From assembly GCA_965657945.1 (NCBI GenBank), contig CBFHPW010000002.1, forward strand, positions 99,818 to 163,817: a DNA stretch of 64,000 bases. Reading direction: 5' to 3'. The translations under genes and the position numbers were made by a program. This document shows, piece by piece, positions 38,074-49,700 of this stretch; position 1 is the first letter of the stretch, and every line of letters begins with the position of its first letter. Below the pieces are notes generated by a model. That model was not told where the DNA came from. It did not search any database and worked only from the letters and a program-made list of their open reading frames with translations. This stretch comes from Flavobacteriales bacterium. Lineage in GTDB: Bacteria > Bacteroidota > Bacteroidia > Flavobacteriales_D > CAJJDF01.

Positions 38074-39522
38074 ATGAATACGAAATATACTGAAGATGAT
38101 TTAAAAGAAGATTTGAAAACTCAAGAATACGAGTTTGGGTTTACGACATCTGTAGAGTCCGAGAAAATTGAAAAAGGACTGAACGAAGATATCATTCGAA
38201 TGATTTCTGCTAAAAAAGGAGAGCCAGATTGGTTATTGGATTTTAGACTACAATCTTTTGAAATCTGGAAAAACATGAAAGAACCAGAATGGGCTCACGT
38301 GAAATATGACAAACCAGATTTTCAAGATATTCATTATTATTCATCTCCAAAAAAAGAAGCAAAAGACTGGGATGAGGTAGACCCAGAAATTAAAGCCACG
38401 ATGGATAAATTGGGTATATCTATGGACGAACAGAAAAAACTTCAAGGAGTTGCAGTAGACTTTGTGATGGATTCAGTTTCGGTTGCCACTTCTTTCAAAG
38501 AAAAACTAGGAGAACTGGGAATTATTTTTGGTTCATTTAGCGATGCAGTCAAAGAACACCCCGAATTAGTAAAAAAATATTTAGGCTCAGTAGTCCCACA
38601 ATCAGATAATTTTTATGCCGCTTTGAACTCTGCGGTATTTACTGATGGTTCTTTTTGTTACATTCCAAAAGGAGTGAAATGTCCGATGGAATTATCTACT
38701 TACTTCAGAATTAACGAAGCAAATACTGGTCAATTTGAAAGAACTTTACTTATTGCGGATGAAGATAGCTACGTGAGCTACCTAGAAGGTTGTACGGCTC
38801 CGATGAGAGACGAAAACCAACTTCACGCTGCGGTAGTAGAACTCGTTTCATTAGCTGGCGCTGAGATTAAATACTCTACCGTTCAAAATTGGTACCCAGG
38901 AGACAAAGACGGCAAGGGTGGAATTTTTAACTTCGTGACCAAAAGAGGAATTTGTGAAGGATACAAATCAAAAATCTCTTGGACCCAAGTAGAAACAGGA
39001 TCTGCCGTTACTTGGAAATACCCTTCTTGTATCTTAAAAGGTGATTCTTCTGTAGGTGAGTTTTACTCGATTGCTGTTACGAATAACCACCAAATGGCGG
39101 ATACCGGTACTAAAATGATTCATTTAGGTAAGAATTCGAAAAGTACGATTATTTCAAAAGGAGTTTCTGCTGGTAACAGTCAAAATTCTTACAGAGGATT
39201 GGTACAGATTCACAAGAATGCAACTAACTCAAGAAATTTTTCTCAATGTGACTCATTGTTGATGACCGATGAATGCGGAGCGCATACTTTCCCTTACATC
39301 GAATGTAACAACAAAAGCTCAAAAGTAGAGCACGAAGCGACAACTTCAAAAATTGGTGAGGACCAATTGTTTTATTGTTTGCAGCGCGGAATCAGTGAAG
39401 AAAAAGCTATCAGTCTAATCGTAAATGGTTATGCCAAAGATGTATTAAACAAACTCCCAATGGAATTTGCTGTAGAAGCACAAAAGTTATTAGAAATCTC
39501 CCTAGAAGGAAGTGTAGGATAA
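38074..39522 (+). CDS. sufB: Fe-S cluster assembly scaffold protein SufB
   Basis: Characteristic length, and [13 protein letters not shown] and [15 protein letters not shown] signatures. Confidence 0.95.
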   Translation: MNTKYTEDDLKEDLKTQEYEFGFTTSVESEKIEKGLNEDIIRMISAKKGEPDWLLDFRLQSFEIWKNMKEPEWAHVKYDKPDFQDIHYYSSPKKEAKDWDEVDPEIKATMDKLGISMDEQKKLQGVAVDFVMDSVSVATSFKEKLGELGIIFGSFSDAVKEHPELVKKYLGSVVPQSDNFYAALNSAVFTDGSFCYIPKGVKCPMELSTYFRINEANTGQFERTLLIADEDSYVSYLEGCTAPMRDENQLHAAVVELVSLAGAEIKYSTVQNWYPGDKDGKGGIFNFVTKRGICEGYKSKISWTQVETGSAVTWKYPSCILKGDSSVGEFYSIAVTNNHQMADTGTKMIHLGKNSKSTIISKGVSAGNSQNSYRGLVQIHKNATNSRNFSQCDSLLMTDECGAHTFPYIECNNKSSKVEHEATTSKIGEDQLFYCLQRGISEEKAISLIVNGYAKDVLNKLPMEFAVEAQKLLEISLEGSVG

Positions 39523-39549
39523 TTACCTGTTTTGCATAATTCTAATGAA

Positions 39550-39587
39550 AAAAGGACGGTAGCTTCGCAGCTACCGTCCTTTTTTTA
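39550..39587. terminator. Strong hairpin terminator between convergent sufB and the ccp-like gene
   Basis: GGACGGTAGCT (39554-39564), loop TCGC, AGCTACCGTCC (39569-39579). The stem is flanked by an A-run and a T7 run. Confidence 0.8.
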
Positions 39588-39622
39588 TCTCACAACGTAG
39601 AATCAATTTAATTACTTCACGA

Positions 39623-40576
39623 TTACTGGATTTGATAAAGATTCTTATCTGTTAAAGAATGGAGAAAGTTTACTAAATCTTCCTTTTCAGAAGTCGATAA
39701 CATAAGTGGTTCTATCATCACACTGTCTAAATTAATTGGAGCAGGAACAAACATATACAAGTTGTTGTAAAAATCAATTACTTCCTCCAACGTTTCTAAA
39801 CTGCCATCATGCATGTATGGAGCTGTCAACGCAACATTTCTTAATCCAGGAACTTTGAACTTCCCTAAATCATTTGAATCTCCAGTTATATCAAATCTGC
39901 CTTTATCTGTGTATTCTTTGCCATCGTACAGACCTATGTTTCTGAATTCATCACCTGTAAAGTCTGGACCAAAATGGCAATCAAAACACTTTGCCTTTTC
40001 TAAAAAAAGTTCTCGTCCTCTTTGTTGAGATTTGGACAAAGCTAAAGGCTCTTCGTCATTCATCCACAAATCATGTGGAGCACTTCCATCACTTTCAAGA
40101 CTACGTTGAAAACTAGCCAAAGCACTTGTCAAATTACTTTTTGATGGTAAGTCCCTATAAATTTTATCAAAAAGCGCCACATAAAGCTCCGAATTCAAAA
40201 GTCGATTTACAGCTGAATCAATTGACAAATTCATTTCAACTGGATTTTCTATTGGACCTATCGCTTGCTCTTCCAATGAGGAAGCTCTACCATCATAAAA
40301 AAAATGAGAACGACTTGCCATATTCATAACAGACGGAGTATTTCTTGTTCCAAGGCTGTCATTTACTCCAAAAGATAAACTTCTATTATCCGCAAATGCG
40401 AATTCCGGCTTGTGACAACTTCCACAAGAAATTGATTTATCGTGCGACAATATTGGATCAAAAAATAGTTTCTCTCCTAACTCAGACTCACTAACTATCT
40501 TTTTAATTTCAACTTGATTAGAATCAAAGCAACCCGAAACACCTATAATGAACAAGGAAAAAATAATTATTCTCAT
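39623..40576 (-). CDS. Di-haem cytochrome c peroxidase family protein
   Basis: Two CXXCH motifs (CGSCH, CFDCH), PGLRNVALTAPYMHDG, and a lipoprotein-like signal (GVSGC). Confidence 0.85.
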   Translation of the reverse strand: MRIIIFSLFIIGVSGCFDSNQVEIKKIVSESELGEKLFFDPILSHDKSISCGSCHKPEFAFADNRSLSFGVNDSLGTRNTPSVMNMASRSHFFYDGRASSLEEQAIGPIENPVEMNLSIDSAVNRLLNSELYVALFDKIYRDLPSKSNLTSALASFQRSLESDGSAPHDLWMNDEEPLALSKSQQRGRELFLEKAKCFDCHFGPDFTGDEFRNIGLYDGKEYTDKGRFDITGDSNDLGKFKVPGLRNVALTAPYMHDGSLETLEEVIDFYNNLYMFVPAPINLDSVMIEPLMLSTSEKEDLVNFLHSLTDKNLYQIQ

Positions 40577-40640
40577 GCTTCAAAAGTAACTAGATCCATA
40601 AAAATTATATGTGACAAATATCACTTTATCACATAAAAAA

Positions 40641-40708
40641 TCCAAAGAACTATAGTTCTTTGGATTCATAAAAAAAAGCCCAATCTTAACGATTGGGCTT
40701 TTCATCAT
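40641..40708 (-). terminator. Tandem rho-independent terminators after the giant gene
   Basis: On the minus strand, AGCCCAATC-GTTAA-GATTGGGCT (40677-40699) is followed by T8. Then TCCAAAGAAC-TATA-GTTCTTTGGA (40641-40664) is followed by T6. Confidence 0.8.
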
Positions 40709-40722
40709 TTTTAGTCAGCTAC

Positions 40723-43700
40723 TTACTTATTAATCTGTACGTAACCGTTGTATACTTTTTTGTCTACTGTGTTGGTTCCTAAATCGATTACATAGAAGTA
40801 AGTTCCGTTTGGTAGCATTCCATTGCCCATCGCTTTTCTTGCCATGTCATCTACGTTAGACTTCCCGATAAACTCATTCGTGTAGCCTCTTTGTTCAAAT
40901 ACTAAGGTTCCGTATCGGTTAAAGATTTTTACTACGTTCTGTGGGTAGTTTCCTAACTCTGCTAAATCCCAGAAGTCATTCTTCCCATCTCCGTTTGGTG
41001 AGATAAATTGTGGGATATCTAATTCCTGCTCACAGTTCACTATCACATCAAACGTACATGAGTCTGCATTCATCGAGGCATCAGTCGTTACGATAGTTAT
41101 CGTTACTCTTCCGTTTACTGCTGACACTTCGGTTCCTGCTGCTGGGAACTGCTCTGTTGTGGTTCCATTAACTATACAGTTGTCTGTGTTTGAACTCTCC
41201 CATGCGAAGTCTTCTACCACATAAGTACAAGTTGTGTTTCTCACCGTTCTGTTCTTATCCGCTGGACAGAATACTACTGGCGCTACATTGTCTTCTACTG
41301 TTACCGTAGCTACACAACTCGATACGTTTCCATACAAGTCAGTTACAGTAAGGGTGACTTGATTTCTTCCTACGTTGCTGCAGTCAAAATCTGTCTTGTC
41401 TACATTCACACTCGATACTGCACAGTTGTCAAAGCTTCCACCATCTACATCACTCGCTACTATCGTAGCTTGTCCATTGGCATCTAAGCTAATCGTAATG
41501 TTCTGACAGACTGCTGTTGGTGCTAAGTTGTCTACCACTGTTACTGTGGCTGTACAACTTGCTGTGTTTCCACTTGCATCTACTCCAGTGAGTGTCACCG
41601 TGTTCACTCCTACTTGAGTACAGTTGAATGTACTGTTCGATAGGCTCAACGTGATTCCACAGTTGTCGCTGCTTCCGTTGTCTACATCTATCGTAGTGAT
41701 GGTTGCGTTTCCTGTTGCATCTAATGCGATGGTTGTTGATTTACACAACACTACTGGTGCTAACGTATCTAGGATAGTCAACGTGGTTGTACACGTGGAT
41801 CTGTTTCCACTTGCGTCTACTCCAGTAAGTGTTACCGTGGTTGTTCCTATATCGGCACAAGTGAATGTGCTTCTGGATACACTCATCGTTACTATGCCAC
41901 AGTTGTCACTGCTTCCTCCATCTACTTCACTTGCTGTTAATGTTGCCATGCCCATTGCGTCCAAGTAAATCGTTGCGGGTGCACAACTCATGATTGGAGC
42001 TAATGTATCCAGTACTGTGATTGCACTTGTACAAGTTGATGTGTTTCCTGATGCATCCGTTACGGTAAGCATTGCCATACTCGTTCCTAAGTCAGTACAA
42101 GTATAGGTGGACTGAGAGACACTCATCGTGAATGTACAGTTGTCACTGCTTCCGTCATTGATCATGGCAGCTGTTAGGCTTGCTGTTCCTGATGCGTTCA
42201 AGTACAACGTATCTGCTTTGCAAATAGCTACTGGAGCTATCGTATCCAATACGGTTACTACGGCTACACATGTTGAGGTGTTTCCTGCTACATCGGTTGC
42301 CGTTAACGTTACGTTGTTTGCTCCGGCATCTGAACAAGTAAACAGGGTATCCGTGATCGACAACGTTACTCCACAGATGTCACTGCTTCCATTGTCAATA
42401 TCACTTGCTACTAATCTTGCCACTCCATTAGAGTCTAAGTAAATCGTGGCTGACTTACACAAGGCTATCGGATTGATGGCATCTACTACGGTTACTACTG
42501 CCGTACAAGTTGAAGTGTTTCCACTTGCGTCTGTTCCGGTAAGGGTGACCATGTTTGTTCCTAAGTCGGCACAAGTAAAGGTGGTTTGTGACAAGCTCAG
42601 TGTGAAGTCACAGTTATCCGTACTTCCATTGTCCACATCCATAGTAGTGATTGTCGCTACTCCTAAAGCATCCAAGTTTACTGTTACTGGTTGACAGTTC
42701 ATCACTGGTGATAATGTGTCTTGAATATCAAATGCAACTAATCCTACGGTTGTGTTTCCAGAAAAATCAGTAGCAGTTATCACCATAGTATCAATTCCTA
42801 TATCTGAACAATACACATAATTTTTAGAAATAGTTATTGATAAACCATCACAGTTATCAAATGCAGGTCCAGGAAGACCAGATGTTCCTAAAGCAAAAGA
42901 ATAAGGTAGTATTGGTGCTTTTCCTGTTGAATCTAAATAAATATCAAAAGCACCGCCTGATAAATAAGGAGGCATTACTGGTGGTGTGTTATCTACTACA
43001 GTTACTGTTGCTGTACAAGTATCTGAGTTTCCGTTTCCATCGGTTCCTATCAACGTTACCGTATTTGTACCTAGATCGGCACAAGTAAAGGCAGTGTTAG
43101 ATAAACTCAATGTCATTCCACAATTGTCACTGCTTCCATTGTCAACGTCTGCAATCGTTAATGTTGCATTTCCTGAACTGTCTAAGTAAATAGTTGCTGG
43201 CTTACAGATTACTACCGGTGCTGTCGCATCTACAACAGTTACTACTGCCGTACACGAATCTACATTTCCGCTTCCATCTATTCCTACTAACGTTACCGTG
43301 TTCGTTCCAATGTTCGTACAATCAAAGGTTGTGTTTGACAAACTCATTGTCATTCCACAATTATCCGAACTTCCATTGTTTACATCACTTGTTGTTATAA
43401 TTGCGTTTCCTGATGCATCCAAGTTTACTGTTACTGATTGACAAACCATGGTCGGTGCCAAAGTATCCAGTACTGTTACAGTCGTTGTACAGGTACTTGT
43501 TAACCCTTGTGCATCTCTCACGGTTAACGTTACCGTATTCGCTCCAATTGATGAACAGTTGAACGTAGTTTGAGAAAGACTCAAGCTTACTGAACAGTTG
43601 TCGCTACTACTGTTATCGATGTCGCTTGCAGCTAAGGTAGCCACTCCTGAAGCGTTCAGGTAGATCGTATCTGGTCGACAACTTGCTACTGGTGGCGTTA

Positions 43701-46700
43701 AATCAATTACCGTAACAGTTGTTACACATGAATCAACGTTTCCGTTGGCATCTGTTACCGTTAAGGTCACTGAGTTGACTCCTAAATCAGCGCAAGTAAA
43801 TGCGGTTTGAGAAGCACTTAGTGTAATGTTGTTACAGTTGTCTGAAGATCCATTGTTGATGTCAGAAGCTACAATTCTTGCGTTTCCTGTGGCATCTAAA
43901 TATGCAGTGGTAGGTTGACAAACTACTATTGGATTCACTGAATCTACTACCAACACCGTTGCGTCTGCTGAACTTACGTTCCCAGAGTTATCTGTAACGG
44001 TTACCGTTACTGTATTCATTCCTATGTTCGCACAAGAGAATGCTGAATCACTCAACGCTATCGTTGCAATTCCACAGTTGTCTGTACTTCCGTTTTCAAT
44101 GATACTCAAGCTTGTGGATGCCGTCCCCATTGAATTTAAGTAAACTGTATCATTCGCTAAGTTTACTATCGGGGATATCGTATCTAACACCACTACTCTT
44201 GATGTGGCTGAAGAGGTATTTCCACTTCCGTCTCTTATCGTGGTGGTTACATTGATAAATCCTGTCGTTCCATTTACATCTGAACATAACGCTGAATCAA
44301 CATTCATCCATACTGAATCTACCGTACAGTTGTCCCAAGTTGACGTCACAACAAAACTGGTGTCAAAATCAAATTGACCATTGGCTGCTAAGTAAACCAT
44401 TGTGTCCGTTACGGTTATTGCTGGTGCAATTGTATCTAACACGGTTACATTCGCCACACAAGAATCCATGTTTCCAGAGTTGTCTCTTATGTAGAGAGGT
44501 ATTGGACTAGATTGACCACAACTGAACAATAACGTATCAGAAAGTGAAATTGGTGTAAATCTATAGATAGTTCCATTTGGAATTATTCCACTCATATAAG
44601 CAAGACCGTCACCATCATCCAAAAATTCTACTGTTGGAGACAAAGGATTGCCTGAAAGAATTTGAGATTTACCCTTGTAGTCATAACCATCATAATCAAA
44701 CAAAGACGAAATACCAACTCCCCAAGGACCATTTTCTCCGTCATACGAGGCAATAAAATCATTTAAGACCGTTGGTCCATAATGAAATTCTATTTTGTTG
44801 CCATTTTCATAAATCCACAATTGGAGATTTACATAATCTTCATATACATCGTCATCATCTGTATCTCCATGATAAAAACCAGCATTCTTCCACTCTATTT
44901 TTGTAATACGATTTCCTGCTACCCCCGTTGTCTTATATGATATGGGTGATAGAGATAATCCATTTTCACTTCCACGATCAATCAAATCTACACCTAACGG
45001 CACTATTACAGGAGTTATTTGATTACTAGTTAACCCTAACTCTGCACCGTATCCAGTAATGATTAATGAATCTAAGGTATTACCATAAAAATTAAAATTA
45101 AATCCTAATGGGATTTCTAATTCAGGGTCATCCCATGTGTTTCCATTATTTAGAGAAATTGCGCTAGTAAGATTGGAATAAACACCGCTTGACTGAGAGA
45201 AGAAATAGGTAGTATCTATTGCAGTTGTAAGAAAAGAACCTAAATTAGTCCATACTGAATCCACACCACAATTGTCCGCATATCCATCTTGTAAACTTAT
45301 TACAGGAACTCTAGCAACACCCAATGAGTCAATGTAAAAGGTGGTGTCCACACATAAAATAGTTGGATTGATGGTATCGAGTACAGTAATTGTTGCACTT
45401 GCGCTGTCCATGTTTCCTGATAAATCCACTGCGTACACAGTGACGTTTACTGAATCATTGGCACACGAAGCTGAAGTTGCACTCATCCAAACTGAATCAA
45501 GGGTACAGTTTTCTGTGACGCTAGTAAGAACAGCACTTGTATCAAAGGCTACATTTCCAGAAGCATCCAAATACAACGTGGTATCGTGGGCTACTAAGAT
45601 TGGTAACAAGGTATCCAATACATAGACTCTTGCCATTGCTGAATCGATGTTTCCACTTCCATCTTGGATGTAAGCCGTTACCTCAATTGAATCGTTGGCG
45701 CATGTGGCACTCGTGTGACTCAACCACACTGAATCTACTGTACAGTTGTCCCATGTAGAAGTAACAATGTCCGAAGTATCGAAACTTACAGTTCCTGCTG
45801 CTGATACATACACCGTTGCATTTTGAACTGCAATATTTGGTACAATTGAATCTCTCACTGTAACATTCGCTACACAAGAATCGATGTTTCCTGAATTATC
45901 TCTTACGTAAACCGTTACTTGTTCGTTGGAGTTTGAGCAATTGAAAGTTGGATTTGGGTAATTAATTAAAAAATAAGCATCATAAGTTCTAGAGGATAAA
46001 TAATTATCCGGATTTCCATTTGTATATCTAAAAAATGCCGAAATTGAATTAGATATTCTCGCCATTACCTTTATTCTGCTTCCTCCAGAATTTAATGGTT
46101 TTATAACCCAACTATATCTACCTGAAGTCAAATTTAAATTTGAGAATGGAAATACCTTATTACCTATTGAACTAATAGCTATTTCCGTTGAATCGATAGC
46201 ATTTAATCCAGAATCTTGATAAATTACCATTCTAAAGGATCCAGAAGATACACTTGTAAAATTAACTTCAACAGAATTAATTTTTATATACGAGGTCAAT
46301 TCAAATGTTTGACCAGCAAATTGATTTGAATTAATATCAAAGTAGCTAAATCCAAAAATGGAAGGCTGTCCAAAACTCGAAGTTGACAATAATGGAGACC
46401 ATACCGAATCCACTCCACAGTTATCAGCAAAACCATTCTGAATAAAGGAGGTGTCCAAATAAGCTAATCCATTTGAATCTAAATAGACAGTTGTGTCCAC
46501 ACAAGCTATCGTTGGATTGATGGTATCCAACACGGTAACCGTTGCGGTTGCGCTGTCCATGTTTCCTGATAAATCCACTGCATACACAGTTATGTTTACT
46601 GAATCATTGGCACAAGAAGCTGTAGTAGCACTCATCCAAACTGAATCAATTGTACAGTTTTCTGTGACACTCGTAAGCACAGCACTTGTATCAAATACAA

Positions 46701-49700
46701 TGTTTCCTGTTGCATCCAAATACAACGTGGTATCATGAGTTAGTATGATTGGAGCAAACGTATCAATTAAATACACAAAGGCTATTGCAGAATCAATGTT
46801 TCCACTTCCATCTTGGATGTAAGCCGTTACCTCAATTGAATCGTTGGCACATGTGGCACTCGTGTGACTCAACCATACTGAATCAATCGTACAGTTGTCC
46901 CAAGTTGATGTCACAATGTCAGACGTATCGAAACTTACAGTTCCTGCTGCTGATACATACACCGTTGCATTTTGAACTGCAATGTTTGGAACGATGGTAT
47001 CACTTACAGTCACGTTCGCTATGCACGAATCGATGTTTCCAGAGTTATCTCTTACGTAAACGGTTACTTGTTCGTTTGAGTTAGAACAGATATAATCTTT
47101 AGATTGTACTTCAAGTACATTAGATTCAAAACCATAAGCTAGCAAAGTCGTATTGCTTGGAGTTAAGGTCAAAGGAGTTGACCAGGCGGATGAACTATAC
47201 CATCTTAATCCGCTCGTGTTCTGACTGGAAGAATAGGATAATTCTCTTACTTGTAAATCAGCCATAGATGTCGGTTCAATCATGAATGCATACCTTCCAG
47301 ATGACAACTGAATTCCTGTTAATGGAATTGATACAAGGCCTGTATTAGTCACTGTATATGCCGTTGAAACTAATGCAGTTGACAAGGTAGAATCTGAATA
47401 AATAGTCAAGTTAATTGGTGCAGAACCTCCATTTAATCGTTCTACATGAAACTTAAATACAGTCAATTCTGAGTTGTAATCAACCACGAATGTATTTCCT
47501 ACGAATGATGTATCCCCATTTGAAGGGTTATAATAAATATTTCGAGCAAAGGTTGCAGTATTTGTAGAATCATAAGAGATCGTTGCATTCGCAGGATAAC
47601 GCAAAGCTCCTGACATCCAAAGACTCTCCACCCCGCAATTATCGGTAAATCCATTTTGTACAAACGATGTATCAATAGATACCGAACCGTTTGAATCTAA
47701 ATATACAGTTGTATCAACACAAGTTATCGTTGGATTGATTGTATCGAGAACAGTAATTGTTGCCGATGCACTGTCTGTGTTTCCTGATAAATCCACTGCA
47801 TACACTGTTACGTTTACTGAATCATTGGCACAGGTTGCTGAAGTAGCACTCATCCAAACTGAGTCAAGGGTACAGTTTTCTGTGACACTCTTAAGCACAG
47901 CGCTTGTATCAAACGCAATGTTTCCAGTTGCATCTACATACAACGAGGTATCGTGAGCTACTAAGGTTGGAGCAAACGTATCAATTAAATACACAACAGC
48001 TATGGCAGAATCAATGTTTCCACCTCTATCTTGGATGTAGGCTGTTACGTTAATTGAATCGTTGGCGCATGTAGCACTCGTGTGACTTAACCACACTGAA
48101 TCAATTGTACAATTATCCCATGTAGAAGTCACAATGTCAGACGTATCTATACTTACAGTTCCTGCTGCTGATACATACACCGTTGTGTCAACACAAGTTA
48201 TCATTGGCAAGATCGTATCAGTATTGGAATTATTGAGTGTCAAATTCAATGTCACAATACTATCACAGCCAACTCCATTAGTTAATGTATCCGTTGCTGT
48301 ATTATTGGAACTCGTATAAGTTACTCCATTTATCCAAGTGTAACTGTCACAGGCTGTTTGAATATCTGTTCCTGTAGTGGACGCTAAGATCGTTAAGTCT
48401 AAAGTTACAATTGAATCAAATCCTGCAGCATTGGTTAAGGTGAATGTTGCCGTGTCATTATCTGAGGTATATGTATTTCCATCAATCCATGTATATGAAT
48501 CACATGCCGTTTGAATATCAGTTGAATAAGTAGCGGGTGTTGTTAATGCATTGAACTCAAACGCTCCGATATCCTTAGCTCCATTATTAAAAAAACCACG
48601 TTGATCGTTACCTGGAACAGTTACTGAACCATTTGATCCAGTAAATCCTGCATCAATGGCTACACTTCCCGCAGAAAGCGCTAAAGTCAATACACCGCTG
48701 GTAGCACCGTTAAGCGCTAAGCTGCTCGATAAATTCAAGTTCGCCTGAGTTCCCGTTATTGTGCCAGTACCGGAAGGTGTGATAGAAGATCCTGCATAGG
48801 TTTCAATGATATTAGAACCATTGTCAATAATATTCGATGCCCAAGAATCTGTGTTGAAGTCGATATCTGCTGGTCCACCATTTACCGTGTTTTGAGCAAT
48901 AATGTTGTTCTTTAAATATAATTTTCCCGGACCTTGTTGCATGTAAACGACATAAACACCACCTCCTTTCCCAGATGCGGAGGATACAGAGTTGTAAGCA
49001 ATAGTATTGTTAGTTAAGACTGTTTGGTTGTACCAGGATAGAATTGCACCTCCACTTGTTTCGGAGGAATTAGCGGTAAATGTTGAATTTGTTACATGCA
49101 CTGTATTAGAACGGAAAAAACCCATACCTCCAGCCACATTGTGGTAACCGACACCAAACTCGTTACCATCGGTAGATGAATTATTGTTGAAAGTACATCG
49201 GTTGATTGTCACATAATTCCCTTGAAGTGAATAAAGACCTCCAGCACCATATGCCTTACCAGTGGCGCTGTTATTACGAATGATGCAATCATTTAAGCGC
49301 AAATCTGGGTGAAAGGAAGTGTTTCCGCGTAAGTAAATACCACCAGCGAAATAGTAATTAGTCGTAACACCGTTATCAATTTCATTGTTTTCAATAATAC
49401 AATTATTGAGCGTAACAATATTATTTCGGGTTTGATCCAAGACCGTGATCCCCCCGGCATTTTTTTCCTGATTGGTATTGAATCCGTTGCGGATCGTCAA
49501 ATGTTCTAGGGTAATATCATGATTTATAGTAAAAACACATCTATCGGCTGTTCCAGGAGTTGGAGCGGATTGAATAAATGTTAGACCTGCACCATCACCA
49601 ACAATTGTTAGAGCTTTCAACAGAGAGAACCCCGTGATTGCAGCATCACCTGTTTCTTGGGCGTCTGTCCAATCAAACGTACCGGAAAGTGCAACCGTAT

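Noticed and set aside
41040-48213. Regular ~240-nt and ~1.2-kb periodicity that could be mistaken for a CRISPR or satellite array.
   Set aside because: The periodic units are in-frame protein domains within one ORF. There are no short identical repeats separated by unique spacers and no cas genes.
41624-48319. Many 60-114-aa ORFs on the + strand inside the giant gene (for example 41624-41968, 42128-42442, 45341-45625, 46493-46738, 47735-47956).
   Set aside because: They are antisense to a continuous 9.1-kb ORF with clear domain structure. Their sequences repeat only because the sense-strand domains repeat, and the T/S/V/N-rich codon usage leaves antisense frames free of stops. There is no independent coding evidence.
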